A DNA stretch of 61,440 nt, filler included, from Basidiobolus ranarum (lineage: Eukaryota): NCBI GenBank assembly GCA_040143965.1. It is 6 parts of 6 records of this genome, joined end to end, with 100 filler letters (N's around TTAATTAATTAA, not from the genome) between each part and the next. Parts side by side here need not be neighbours in the genome. Positions count along the whole stretch, not along the records: positions 20,550 to 30,707 come from JASJQH010000732.1; positions 30,808 to 40,955 come from JASJQH010000733.1; 4 more parts are not named here. One strand, 5' to 3'. The notes under the pieces were generated by a model. The model worked only from the letters and a program-made list of their open reading frames with translations, had not been told where the DNA came from and searched no databases. The position numbers were made by a program, and so were the translations under genes. This document shows, piece after piece, positions 25,584-39,400 of the stretch. Position 1 is the first letter of the stretch; the number at the start of each line of letters is the position of its first letter.

Positions 25584-26660
25584 ATGGCAACAAGTACCTC
25601 TACCGCAATTCCAACCCCACTTCCACAGGAGTCCATAAGTATTCCATCCAGTCCCAGCTCTTCTCAAAAGGCAAAGCTCACCAGACAAGAAGCTTTAGAT
25701 TTGGTAGAAGAAATACTAGCAGAAAGCAATTTATATCGCATATTGGGCGTCTCATCCTCTGCAAGTACTGAAGAAATCCGCAGAGCTTACATATCCAGGA
25801 GTAGAGTGTGCCATCCTGATAAACTACCTGGAAATTCACAGGCCACTGAAGCATTCCAAAGTATGTAAATTCTTTACACAAGTCGTGTTTGTTGACAATT
25901 TCGCCCTTTCCCCATTCCTATATATTGCTTTTCTAACTGACATATTTCCTACGTCCTAGAAATTTCAACCGCTTATGAAACGTTATCAAATACAAATAGT
26001 CGCAGAACCTATGATCACTATGGGACTAAAATTAATAGCTTAAACAGCGAAGAAACCCTGTCCAGTGCTCTGTTGCAGATATTCAACGAGTTTATGGAGG
26101 GAGACTTTGAGCACCTACTTTCCATTGTTGGTAAGTAATAACTTACAGTTATTTCCTAATATTTTATTTTCTAACCCTAGAAAATTTCAGAATTCATCAA
26201 CTTTCAAAACCCAGACCTCAACATTGATAAAGAAAAAGCGAACCAACTTTTTGTTCAAGTTCGGGAGGTATTTTTGGGTAAGTACTGTATAGCTTATATA
26301 TACTGGTAGAAATGGTTTAATTGATATTTTCCCTTCTGGTTTTGATATTTAGTTGCTGGAAAGTACCTTAACGAAGTAAAATTTGAAGTAATGAAACTCT
26401 ACGAAATTCAAGGAGAACTTCGTTCACTATCATACTTTGACGTATTTGGACGCCTCCGGTTAAGTATTCAACTTAGCAGGATATTTTTCAGTATCCCTGT
26501 TAAAATGAATAATGCAGTAGCAGATCGACAGATTGTAAACAGTCAACTATGCAAATTACTGAGCGAACTTACAGGCCTACTAGAGTTCTCTGAGCGTACT
26601 GTTGGCAGGGTCGATGCTTGGGTAGCCGATCGGTGGAAAACACTCCCTCTAAATGGTTAA
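25584..26660 (+). CDS. J-domain (DnaJ class C) protein, 4 exons
   Basis: NLYRILGVSSSASTEEIRRAY...CHPDK...EAFQ|KISTAYETLS...RRTYD, followed by an unrecognised helical region. Confidence 0.88.
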
Positions 26661-27289
26661 ATAGTCCCAGAACATAATCGAAATCGTGCCAATGCTTTCT
26701 CTCTGTCTTGCTGTTACATTTTCTGTTAAATGGTTAAAGTGAAGGTATCGTTGGGGCTTTTATGTGATCCTGTAAATAGTCTACTAGTACTCCAAGTTAC
26801 ATCACTTCGTATACTCAACCTATTGATTAATGAGAACGTTTCTTGGTAGATTGATACTGAATATTATTCTCCTCAATACAACTTAATGGCATTACTATCC
26901 CGCTCTCACTATTTAACCTTGTGCTTGCTCAGAGTTTTCCAAATACCCCGGCTATACACACAGCGATTGATTGACTATGGATTCGTCCGATTGTTGAACG
27001 GCGGTAATATGAAGAGCGAAGAGCAAGAAAAGGTTGTACACTCATAATGATAAAATAACGTAATAAAATAGGTGCACAACATGGCTCATGCCTAGAAACA
27101 TTTTTAAATATTGCTTGGCTTTTAGTGGATTCGATACTGATACCAAGTACGCGTGTAAAAGTTGCGATAATGCACCTTGAAAATATTTCAACTTTATTAA
27201 CATGGTAAAGTATTCCCGATATCAGCATACTTGTGATGAATATATTAAGTAGTGCAGGAAAAGTAGGAATACATCAGTTTAGGAGAAGT

Positions 27290-27604
27290 TTAATGGTTCG
27301 CAAATCGAGGTTGCACTATTTTATCATTAATCTGACGGGTTTGAGGTATAATCGGGGTTCGGTTTTGTTCGAGTTGCTGGGCTCTTTGACCAGCGGCAAC
27401 TTGTGCTTCAAGCTCACGCTCATGCAAAGCCTTGAGTCGTTGTAGATGAACTTCTTCATCATCATAGCTTGTATCCGATAGGGCTTCCTGTCTCTGGTGG
27501 TCATTTTTTTTTAGAGGAGCATGATGCTCTTTACCCTCTTTATGCCTTACACCACTAGTTTTGTTGGCCGGTGGATGTCCAGCTTTGGATTCTTGAGAGT
27601 TCAT
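27290..27604 (-). CDS. Small disordered DAP1/DAPL1 (death-associated protein)-family-like protein
   Basis: N-terminal KAGHPPANKTSGVR and C-terminal KIVQPR match the two conserved DAP-family blocks (KAGHPPAVKAGGMR ... IQQPR). About 104 aa; an upstream in-frame ATG lies at 27637. Confidence 0.75.
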   Translation of the reverse strand: MNSQESKAGHPPANKTSGVRHKEGKEHHAPLKKNDHQRQEALSDTSYDDEEVHLQRLKALHERELEAQVAAGQRAQQLEQNRTPIIPQTRQINDKIVQPRFANH

Positions 27605-30312
27605 GATGATAATGTTACGTGTAGCTTCAGATATCATCCTACTTCATCTTATATACTTTGTCTATTGCCTCCTTCGTCATTCAAAATCATGGCGCATTAA
27701 TGAACCTAATGTTTCACATGGATTCATTGGACTGGTTTTAGTGGGTATTAAAACGAACAAGAATCCCGACGAATGCACTTGGCAGTCACCACAGATTCTA
27801 ATACATTTCCAGTTGATATATAATTGCTGAATTCTATTGGACACACGAAAGCTAAGACGCCTGCACTTGTGGCTACTCTGGTACTGAGTACTTCACTTAC
27901 CACTCAATATAGCTATTTCTCTGCCAACCAAATTGGATCCTTTCATAATACCCGCCACCAGACATCGTTACATTACATATTGATGGAATCTCCCTTAAAT
28001 AGCCTAGAAGTTTATTGCTCAGAAGCACTTAGTCACACCCATGAACTGATCAGGTCGGGATGCACCAGCCTCAACAAATGGTCACGTTACTCATTGAATG
28101 CGCTCTATGTCAAGGAATAGAAGCGTACCAAGTCTCAATTGTTAAAGGGGCTTCTACAGTACCGCACTGAAACAACAATTCATACGGTTTCGAGACCATG
28201 TATGTGTCATTTTGGTGTTCATCCGTGGATCTTTGCCAGCTTAGCCAACATGATCTCGGTAGGAAACCCTTTGCAAACACTAGGCAGGTATCGTCAGATA
28301 TTCGAAATAATCCACGGCCAAAGGCAACTCAGATTGACGACGTTGTGCTGCTATTGGTAATGAGCAAGGCCTAATCCACAGTCCGGATTTATTCAGAGCA
28401 ACATGGTGTATGTGTTAACGAATCTGAGAGCCGGGGATAACCCATCATCACACAACTCTTACCATATTCCTCACATCTCAGACATCACCAATGGTACTAA
28501 GAGCGCCTTCATTATCCAGAATATTCTACGAACCCCATTGGTTTACAAGCACTCGTGGATCTACCTGACACTCTTCTATATGCATCATTGGCTCACATGC
28601 TTGAATTATATCTCCAGGTCATTTGATACGCTGCTTTTCACATTGATGTGAGAGAGTCCTTAGAACAGCACATCACAATCAGACGTTGACGTCACATGCT
28701 CCAATCCGATACTGTCACCACTTTAGCGACACAGGGCATATAGAGCTATTACTCTACTATAAGCCAGATATGAAAGATTCTCTTTCGTCTGCTAAGGGTA
28801 CTTGTGCATTACAAGGTAGGCTATACGAGTTTGCTCATTTAGTTATACTTTGCTGGAGAAGCATCGATGGCTAGGGCTCACAATTAGAATAGTTCTAAAA
28901 CCATCAATACGAATATACATCTCTCCCACATAAAGACGATGTTCTCGTCCTATATTCATAGAATTTCCGCAATCACCATCAGGTGTCCTCAGGGGCTCAA
29001 CAATTAGTCAAACAGATGCTATTCTTGAAGTATTCCTGTATTTCTATTACAAAGATCCAGTAGTGACTAAACCAGATGAAACGATCCTCAATGTTCGGAA
29101 GATGCGGTTCCAGATGCAACTACAGCAGAAGCTATAATTGCTAGGCCCAATCGAAATCCACTCCTATTCCAAAATACTTAAAATCCATCAACCAGATGTG
29201 ATTAGGGTTGAAAAATGATGTTTAACTGATCTTGTGCGTGGCTAACTACATGCTGTGCAACCAATTTACTACATTGAGAAAAGTAGATTTATGACCTCAT
29301 TCCTTTTACTCCGTATTATCAATCTCGGCATTTATATTCACTTAATTGTTCGAACCATGTTATTGCGGATTGATTGATTTGAACACGTTGGTTATGTGAT
29401 AACATCTCATCATGACTTTTGGTCATATGGTTAACGATCTCACTTAGGGTATAGATGTGCTGGTAAGGATGAAAAGTGGGGGTATGGGGGCTGCAGTCCC
29501 CCATGTACATCCCTCCCTCACAATATACACAAGTTACCAGTATATAGAAAGAATTGGGCGTCAGATCTCTGACCTTTGACACATCTGAGGAAAAGACACT
29601 GTTTCCAACATTAAAACACAGCCTTTTCTAGCTTTCATAATTTTTATGAATTATAAGAAATTTCTCAGATATTTAATATTCTTTAATTTGTTATTTGTTT
29701 ATTAATTTACAAGTCTCTGGGAAACTAAAGTGAAGTTATTCTCCTTCAGACTCTAAAAGCTTTTATATATCTTAATTTTATCATGAGGAAACTTGCAGCT
29801 TTTTTAGCTTGATATTTCACAAATTGCTTATTAAGTGTATCCTTTATATAATGTTGAGAGTAAAGAGAAAACTTAATCAATGTTATGGATTTGAAATATT
29901 TAGAAAAACTTTGTGAAGAATACATGAGTAAATCAAGAAGAAAGTGATTATTGGAGATATTATAATTATGTTACAAATCTAGAAATATTGAAAGTGTTGA
30001 TAAAAAGCTTTCAACTTGTAGCTGATTACTTATGTTTTATAAATATTCACATATCACTAGCACCAAGCTTCATATATATATATATATATTTATATGCAAA
30101 ACAGCAAAATAGTCATTAAAATAAACTTTTGTTGAAAGTCTGGTGACTTGTGGTACAAGCAGTAATTCCCAAAGAGGAAAATATGGAGTATGGTAACTAT
30201 ATCTGAACACAAAGTCTAAGGCCAATCAGTTGCTTGTAAAGCTGAAATGCCAAAGTACCATACATTGACAGACTAGGTTAAGATTCCCTAAAAATATAGG
30301 CATAGCATACAA

Positions 30313-30385
30313 GGACTGGTAGCTCAGTAGTTAGAGCACCTTGCTAGAGTGAAGGAGGTCCCAGGTTCAAATTCTGGCCAGACCA
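30313..30385 (+). tRNA. tRNA-like element (anticodon AGA, short variable loop); probably a pseudogene or SINE head
   Basis: Cloverleaf: GGACTGG/CCAGACC (1 mismatch), GCTC/GAGC, CCTTG-CTAGAGT-GAAGG (G-G mismatch), CCAGG-TTCAAAT-TCTGG. A and B boxes present; no T4+ terminator directly downstream. Confidence 0.7.
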
Positions 30386-30432
30386 ATATTTCTCCCTAAA
30401 TAATTTCAATAACTTTTAGGTTATATAGCATG

Positions 30433-30707
30433 TGTAACACAGAGGTGCTAGAGGGGATGAAAAGCACCACAGGGTGTAATCTTTATTTATCTCAAGTCAT
30501 ACAACACAAATAAACAAAGAAGTCAAATTGAAAGTAAAAGTCAAAGGTTTAGTCAACTAAGACTCATTTAGGGCACAATCCCAAATCTCATCATATAAAA
30601 TAAAAGTGTTGGGATAAAGTACCTTATCTTGGGAAATGTAGAAGTCTTTCAAGAATTTTGTAACAAGTGGAGAGGGTGAATTTCTTAGGAGTGAAGTAAA
30701 TCTTTTA
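30433..30707 (-). mobile_element. Possible LTR terminus running into the contig end
   Basis: Minus strand reads AATAAA...GTGTTACA, an LTR-like 3' end, at a contig break. No internal domains are visible. Confidence 0.3.
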
Positions 30708-30807
30708 NNNNNNNNNNNNNNNNNNNNNNNNNNNNNNNNNNNNNNNNNNNNTTAATTAATTAANNNNNNNNNNNNNNNNNNNNNNNNNNNNNNNNNNNNN
30801 NNNNNNN
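30708..30807. other. Artificial contig linker
   Basis: N44-TTAATTAATTAA-N44. Confidence 0.99.
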
Positions 30808-30959
30808 TAATACACGTAGCCCATCATAGGCACAGCTAAGTTGATGATGAAGATATCATAGGCATCAGTGAAGAACCCGACTCCAGCCACAATAATCGCG
30901 CGCAGATGCCATTTGCTAAGCTTTGTGTTATTAAGATTTGTTAGATGATCGTGTGTCAT
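30808..30959 (-). CDS. PHO84: Phosphate:H+ symporter (Pho84 family), 5' fragment
   Basis: KWHLRAIIVAGVGFFTDAYDIFIINL is the Pho84/PHT1 TM1 signature. Truncated by the contig edge. Confidence 0.88.
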
Positions 30960-33900
30960 TTTGAACAGTCGCCACCAAAGGGAATAGCTGATATTCTTTA
31001 CAGTTTGATGAGTTCTTTCCGCACTCTTTCCCGTTATATAACCACGAGCAGAGAGCGTAATCTTAATTTCCTCATTCTGAACGCATATAAATATCTGGAA
31101 TTTGACCTCTACAATAGTGGCACAGTACCAATCAATTTCATTCTTTTACCACGATATCCCTGAAGCACCGATTAGTGGGAGGTAGTTGAAAAAATTTCAA
31201 CATATTGACGTCGATTTTGCTGATGTTTATATGACTTGTTACATATTTATTCTATGATTTAAGTTTCAATACTTCAACGCACCTTATCCTTAATTTGGTT
31301 AGAGCTGCGTAGAATCTTCGTATAACTTGTTAATTCCAAATACTATTTCATCGAACCATCAGAATAGGGCATTGTAAATTGAAATATGATCCATTTATAG
31401 TGCTCCATATCGCAAATATTGACTTTCAAGATATTTTATAGCTTGAAATGACTTCATTCTGGTACTCACTTTGTCGGTGCATGTGGTCTTTTGGTTAGCT
31501 ATGGAAGTATAATCTATACACTTTGGATTGACACGTAACGTGATTTGGACCATTATTTTCCGAACTTAATTATACTTCCGAATCAACATTCTATGTCCAT
31601 TTCCACTGACATTACATATGTGTCATTCTACAATGGATAGTAAAATTGAATTGTGTGCATGTGTCAGTTTTGTTTTAGCCTACTTCACTTGCTTTGATGT
31701 TGAGATATAACGAAACCGGACTGACGAGTAACAGAACCCTAGCGCCCAATCAATCATCTACTCACAAGCATCCTTTAACTATCCAAATGAATATGCGGTC
31801 CATGAACTTCAATACTCTAACCATCGAGCGCCAAATTCAGCATCATTGCTATTTACGATAGATCCAGTTATTTTGGGCTTGATCAGGCTGAACTGTCTAC
31901 AAAGGCTAATGGGTAAACAGTATATATTATGCATATGGCCGTCAACACTTCAACGCGGTCGCTCTTTGTAAGTTCTTCCAGATATACTGACGGTGCAAGT
32001 AAAAAGATTTATAGGCTACATGATATGCTACTGATCCATAGATGTTAAATGTAATACATGCAGCGATGGTGCATGAACTGTGACAAAGCTTCCCCTATTG
32101 ATCAGAATATGATGTGTCGATTGTATCCATATGACCAATGGAATAATATGTACAACACAGAGCTAACAACCGCTTTGCTTACCAATACATGATTCCAGAA
32201 CAGACGACTGCGAATTGAAAAGTTGGATATATAATGACCTCCATATTTAACATACCATGAACAATTTCAAAGAATGAAGGTAAGTCGAAATGCGGGTGAT
32301 CAGGACAAGTGATACTAGGCTATTTCTTAATACGAAGAATATAGAACTGTTGTGTTGTCTCATCTTAAAGCTATCCAACCATCTATCTAATAGTGAGCAC
32401 GAGCCTTATTATTATGAGTATAGTCCATCATCATATCTTAATGTAATATTTGTGACGTGTGTGGCAAGAAACGGTACACGGCGTTTCAAATAAAGAACTA
32501 ACAAACCAATTTGAAGAATGCCAATAAAACCTCAGTACCTCGTAGATATCAACATACACCTTTTAGTATAAGAGTATCATATAGTTCAGTCTCGGAAAGC
32601 GCCCCAAATGAGCTTAATTAACATCAGCACCTCCAATTTGGCCAAGGCTCGAAACCTATACTTGCAATACACATAAGTCTCAGCTGACCCCATCATATGA
32701 CACAGATCTCTCGTATGCAGCCGTACTCAACAAAAGGAGTCCATAGAATAGTCGACTAAAAGTAGAGTTGTTTAGTCGCGGATCCATTCACTATCCTTGC
32801 TGATCCGAACATATATCCATTCACGAAATAAATTAATTTGAGTTCAGGGCAATGCATACCCAGCTGCAGAGAGCATCGCCATGTTCGAATATTTCAAACA
32901 GTGGGGAGCTCACAAATAGTAACAGACGACATCTTGTGTTGTAGATCATGTATGAGTTCGATTTTTACACTTGAATGTTGTTTTCCAGCTGACCGAGCTA
33001 TTAATTGATCTTGTTGGGGCCACTTCCAAACTAATTATTCTATTACAATTTGACTTCAATTTCGAATCCGGATGCATTCCTGCATTTAAATCACTGATGT
33101 TGCAGCGATTGTCCGGTCATTACCGTGCAATAGTCAAGGTATGGAAACCGGCTTGTTTGGAGTCGAACTAAATGGTAATATATCACAGCGTGGATATTGT
33201 TGCTTCACAAAAGCTCATGTATACTCGTTTTGGCTTTAACCACTGATGTCAAGCCTACAATTCAGACATTTACTGTCAGACAGTCCATGACATACTTTAG
33301 TGATGGATGATATACCGTATTTAACAGCACGAAATACATACCACTACTAAGGATGGTAATATTTTCCGAATCATACCAAATTTTCTAGGTACACTAAGAT
33401 ATTATTTGGTATTGGAGCCACCAATGCCTTTGGGTGTCTTCCTTGTTGTCCATGGTAATGTAGTAGCAGATCGAGATTGATGATCTTCACTATCAGACTT
33501 GAGAACATATTTGGAATATATATAAACAACATCATAAAACATCGAATCATACACTTTCTATAGGTGCTATCTCAACTGTGTGTGTAAATACCAAGTGTTT
33601 GTATAATTTTATGCATATTCATGTTAGTGAGTGATGTATAGCCATGATCTCAAGCTTAGAAAATCTCTATTTAGTTTAAGGTGATATATTTATATAGTAC
33701 TTCAGTAGGATCAGCTAGCCATTGAACTATAGTCATCTTTACTTTTCTACCCTAAACGATCGCAATGTTTAGTCCCTTTAAATAATGTAGGGGGAGCTTG
33801 AAAGTTATATTTCTTTGCAACCTCAGTGAGAAAAATCCAACGTAACTGCTACAACTTGTATGATCAGCATGATGTAGGAATAGTATGGTGCTACTTATAT

Positions 33901-35595
33901 TTTGCTAACATTAAGAAATCTTCATTTTATCTTCTATTTCGATATGATTCATACAATCTGTTTAACTTCATGTTTACTTCTTGCAATGGAGTAAAGTTAA
34001 CAAGTTACTTCCTTCAAGTCACCTTGAATTTTTAATACTCATATAGAGACAATGCACTGTAATAGAATGTTGCGTATCTTCAGATTGATATAGGAATGAC
34101 GCAAAGACTTGCAGTTGAGCATATGATATTGAGACTTACGAAGGTATTTGCAAAATATCCTAGGACGAAGTGGTGTGCTTCATAATCTCATGTCAACTCT
34201 AAATTGTTGTATTTGAGATAAAGTGAAAGTGTTTAGGATAAGTAAAAGAATCATACTCTTGGTATTTATTAATTCATTCAGTTGAAATAATAATACCGCA
34301 GTAGGAAATGAAAATAATAACAGTCGTGTTGTATTTTCAGGGTGCTGTAAGGGAAGGATGTTGGAAAGTTTGAGTGAGATTGAAACTTCTGTCTTTTCTC
34401 CATATTTCTAAATTAAATCGGTTTTGACAAGAAATATTTAAGAAAGAATGTTGCACATGCTATATCTGCTCTAGCAGACATTGAGTGCCATGTGCCAGTT
34501 CTTGTAGCTAAACTACATTGGATCATTTACTATGAGCCATATTAGTATTTGCAATGATGAAATCATCCTAACCTTCAATTTAATCAACCATCATCACTCT
34601 AACCACTGATGCAACCTACTTCATCTACTAGCTTACATAATTACCCATCTGAAGTTGATGCAAAGCTTACTAAAGCTATGATACATAACTTACTGGCAAA
34701 TATTTCTGACTTACTACTTATTCGCTTTTGGATTAGTCACCAATTCCTTGATACATACTGATACTCGAAGTATGAATAAAGTCTATAGCGTCCCTTGATT
34801 TTGTATGTGTCTTACTGAGTATAGTAACTCGTCACTTTTCTTGTACATCCCTACAATTTTAATCTCCTATTCATTACATCCTGGAGTCGGAAACCGCATC
34901 CATACTTCTCTTTCCACAGGCTGTCTAGTATGCATTGTGCATGATTGTAGTTAATATCAGGCTTCCATGAGTCAAAATTAACGCACTGCTCACATCAAAA
35001 TCCACAAAACGATCACTGGCAAGTGAAGACAAGCAGGCATTAAAACCTAAATTTGGCGATTAATGTTCAGATATTAATCTTGTCGAGTTTAACGGTATTG
35101 GAAACGAAGTTCCCTATTGGTGGGATTTACCACTATATGACACTTGGATCTCCAGAGCCAATAGATGGCAAGTATATGTTACTCAATCCAATTATAGGAC
35201 ATCCTTATTCTTTAATCCTCCTGTTGAACGAATATTCACTGCATACTAAATTGACAGAAGGGAGGCTTTGAAAACCCGGACGAAATCTGAAGGCAACCGG
35301 TTTGTACCTATCAGCAATAAATATTACATTGTTCAGGGCTTAAAATCTCTATCAAGATGAAACAAAATCCTTTTCAAGGAGTCGTCTCCTGATAACTGAC
35401 CCTGACTTATACATGAATACTTGATCCTTGTTTGTATCTCTAAATATAAATAAGTATTCAGCAATTCCCAATATAAATCTGTTTATCTCTTCTTTGTAGA
35501 CCTCGTGACCATCTGGAAGTATATATACAAGTTGCGCACATCAAAGGCTTGGATTGATTCATCTCCATTAGTAAACATTGCACTGTCAGATCGGA

Positions 35596-36240
35596 ATGAC
35601 GATGCTTAACAACAATGACCTTATGCTTGCTCTCCCTGCGGAATTGGTAGTAAAGGTCTTGAGATTCCTAACCCCATCAGATCTCTGTCGATGCTCAACA
35701 ATTTCGCCTGAATGGAAGCAAATCTGTGACCAAGAAAGCTTGTGGTTTGGATTTACTAGGACTGTGTGGAAAAACAAGATTACCACTCAGCTCGGAATTC
35801 AATCGTCAGGCGACTCTCAAAACTTTACGCATCGGATCTCACCAAGTGGGGCTAAGCTAATGCTAGAAAAGCGACGGCATAAATCAATCAAACCTCCCTT
35901 TAAGATGAACGCACGGCGTAAATACTCATCCATTCCACTGTTGACCTTTAATCGAAATGGGAAGCTGGTCATGCAATCACCTAACAGCGAAGTTAAGAAG
36001 TTGATGGCCCTTCTTAAGGTATATGCTCTCAACGGGTGCTTCAAATTAAAAATTGCCAAGAATGTGATACTCTCCAAGTTCAATTCCATAAATATCTCAC
36101 CTATTGTAAGCAAGATACTTGAACTCTAACAATTTCTACACGACCTGTACTACTCACTATGCCCACTCACTGCTAGCTTTGCGAGTAGATATATTTTCAA
36201 CATGGGCTGGGATTTCATTTTAACTGACAGAGTACTTTAA
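35596..36240 (+). pseudogene. F-box protein, C-terminal half probably decayed
   Basis: Clear F-box LALPAELVVKVLRFLTPSDLCRCSTISPEWKQICDQESLW. Downstream protein-like blocks (SKWEAGHA, TW/GW) are split across frames, and the frame continues past the stop at 36129. Confidence 0.55.
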
Positions 36241-36915
36241 ATCTAATGTGTCAAACCAGATTGAAAGAATTAGTCTGGAGTTACCTTACTCTGATGATAG
36301 GTGGCTTCTACAGCTAAGGTGCTATATTACATCTCCTTGTATCTGGCTTTAATTCCGATTTGTAAATAGCCAGTCACTTATTTTCCATATGTTTGTTATT
36401 CCTAACTTCGCCGGCTACCTCTTGTATGGGCACATGATCACGAATCGATCACATGTGTGCAGATTGGAGTTCCAAGTAATCCATTTTTGGCATATTTTGC
36501 GGGAGGATCAAAAACAATCTAGTCACGCCAGAATGGATGTATTTAATAGTGACAATATTGTATATCCCAGAAATAAACAACACTATTCCCTAATTTATTC
36601 GATATTTTCAAAGCCAGTAAAATCTCCCCAAGCATCCTTATCCAAGATTTCTTCCTCATTTGAAGCGGTATTTAAACCTCCGGTAATTTGCGCTAAACCA
36701 AGTCTGGTATGCACTTGATTAGAGGGATTTCAGTTCTCCTGATTCAAACGTTTCCTATACATAGTGATGTGATTAATTCATATTTCTTTTGTAGGCTTGT
36801 TGTTGTCAAGTTTCTTGGCTTCCTTGGGGATTAAGGTTGACTTTCTAATATTTAGTTGAATAATTAGTAAACATCGTACACGTAAATATCGAGATATTTG
36901 CGAAAACAGCGACAA

Positions 36916-39400
36916 ATGAGCGACAAAGGGGAGGATAAAGTTCATTTATTAAGTGAAGAAGACAAACAGATAGAGACATCGGAAGAGGAACAAGATGGTA
37001 AGAGTGGCCTGGCGACACAAGCCATTTTGAACAAAGAAAATTTACCTTCTTTAGAAGCACAAAAGTCTTTACCAAGTGTTGGAATAACCTCTGGGGAACC
37101 TGCTGGCTTACCCGACGTATATGGTGATTCACGTTTTTCTTTTCTTAGCATTTACGCTTTTGCTAAATAGTACTTGAATTTTGACGATTCTTCCAGACAT
37201 CACTATTCATCAAGCTGCTCAACAAGGAAATTTAGTGGCCATTGAATACCTTGTTGAAAACGGTCAGGCCACTATTGACGAACGGGACCTTCAAGATAAC
37301 ACTGCTTTACATTGGGCCGCTATTAATAATCGTATGGCCATAGTCCGATATTTTATAGACAAAGGAGCTGACCCGAATGCTTTGGGAGGCGAGCTAAAAG
37401 CTTCCCCCTTACATTGGGCCTGCAGGTATGATTCACCAAGTATACTGGATATTTACAGTCCAAACTAATATACCAATACTTTAAGACCGGGTTTGCTTGA
37501 TGTTGTTCGTTGTTTAATAGATAGTGGTGGTGATCCAACACTCAAAGACGCTCAAGGATTCAACGCTTTACATTTGTCGGTCCACTCCTCAAATCCACTT
37601 TTAGTACTTTATCTGATTGCGATTGGAATGGATATCAATTGCACGGATGAACAAGGTCATACCCCTCTAATGTGGGCGGCTTATCAAGGTGATTCTTATT
37701 CGGTGGATATTATTTTGAGGTTTAGTCCTGTTTTGAATTTACAAGATAGTACTGGATTCTCTGCTCTACATTGGAGCGTAGTCAAATGCTCTTATGACAC
37801 CATACTATCTCTTTTGAGCAAAGGAATAGATGTGGAGTTAAGAGATCATAAAGGGAAAAAAGCCTTTGACATAGTTCAAGAGATGAAAACTGAAAAAATT
37901 TGGAAACGTGCTATTCAGGCCTCGGGAATTATCGAAACACCATTAAATAAGGTTTTTAGTCGAGTTTTCTAGTGACAATAACGATATTAACTTTATTTTG
38001 TTGGTTTCCTCTAGAGCATCACCAGAAAGATTCTCTATGTGCTGCCATTTCCTTGTTTGTTTATGGCACTTCAAACAGTCGCCACTTTTCCGTGGTTTAT
38101 AGGTGTTCCTCTCGGGGGTTTAGAGTTACTATTAATGCACTTATTTGTGATCAAGTTCCTATTACGAGGCCGAAATATGAAAGTTGCTATGAATACTCCA
38201 TACTACTCTAGCATTTTCCAAGCCAGTTTTGTTTATGTTATCATTACATGGTTGTTTGTTGTGGCACCAGGTGATTTTAATCCTCAGTCAAGTTAACAGA
38301 GTCTAGACCCCAAATTAATTTATTCTATTTTCGTATCTTAAGCTACAACACAGTATCTTTTCATCAACGTATCGTTCTTCCTTTTCGCATCTATCACAAT
38401 GTACTGCTTTTATAAAGCGCTATCTTCCGATCCAGGCTACCTCACCATCAATTCTTCCTTAACCGTTGGGAAAGAGGTGAGTTCAGCTTTTTTATTGATT
38501 TGTTCCATAATCCTTATGTTTTGTCTCTTAGATAGTACTACGTTTAGCGAACACGAAACAACTGGATGCTCGGAGTTTCTGTATCACTTGCTTGGTGAGT
38601 ACTTTCGTCATGCACTACTTGAAATTGTACTAAGTATATCGGTTGTAAATGTAGATTCGTAAGCCTATTCGTTCCAAGCATTGTCAAATGTGTAACAAAT
38701 GCGTTGCCAAATTTGATCAGTAAGTTAAACGATGTTGTTATGCATTCAAACAATTCACTAACTCGTTGCCACTTGACAGTCACTGCCCATGGACTTACAA
38801 TTGCGTTGGCGTCAATAACCATATTTATTTTGTTGGCTATTTATACACCATGACCCCTGGGATTCTTCTCTATGCTTACCTAAGTTATTGCTGTAAGTGT
38901 TTCCATAGAGAGTGGAGTGGATTTACTTTTAACACATCTTATTTTTTATAGATTTGGATTTAGCACCATTCTACGAGCCTATCCCTTCTCAACCTTGCCT
39001 GTTGGGAGATCAAGTGTGTGGATATTTTCAGTATGATTCGTGGGCAGCAGTTACAGCCATATGGGTACTGTTCAACTGTTGTTGGGCCACGTTCCTATCA
39101 ATCCTTCAAAGCTATCAGATCGCTGTCGGAATTACTACAAATGAAAGTCTTAATTCTCACCGCTATAGCTATTTAACGGGAACTACATCACCAATGACAC
39201 CTGAAGCAGCTTGGCATAGTAATCGGCATAGCAATTCCAGCCGTAATCCATTTGACTTTGGGTGCTACTCAAATTGTCTTGACTTCTGGAGTAACGGAAA
39301 CGCCAGTAGATTAAAAGGAGTCAATTGGTATGACACATACGACATCCCGACAAAGTTCATATATAATGATGACGAAACACCACTAACTGATGTGGTGTAG
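36916..39400 (+). CDS. AKR1: Ankyrin-repeat DHHC palmitoyltransferase
   Basis: Ankyrin repeats (TALHWAAINN, TPLMWAAYQG), TM helices, CITCL|[32 protein letters not shown], TTNE and NPFD motifs. Confidence 0.95.

Noticed and set aside
28400-29150. Protein-kinase-like fragments (EFP..., VSSGAQQLVKQML)
   Set aside because: No HRD, DFG or APE motif recoverable; too weak to call.
31000-35500. Short ORFs and possible Pho4 sites upstream of PHO84
   Set aside because: The ORFs lack recognisable motifs and I found no clean CACGTG cluster; treated as intergenic.
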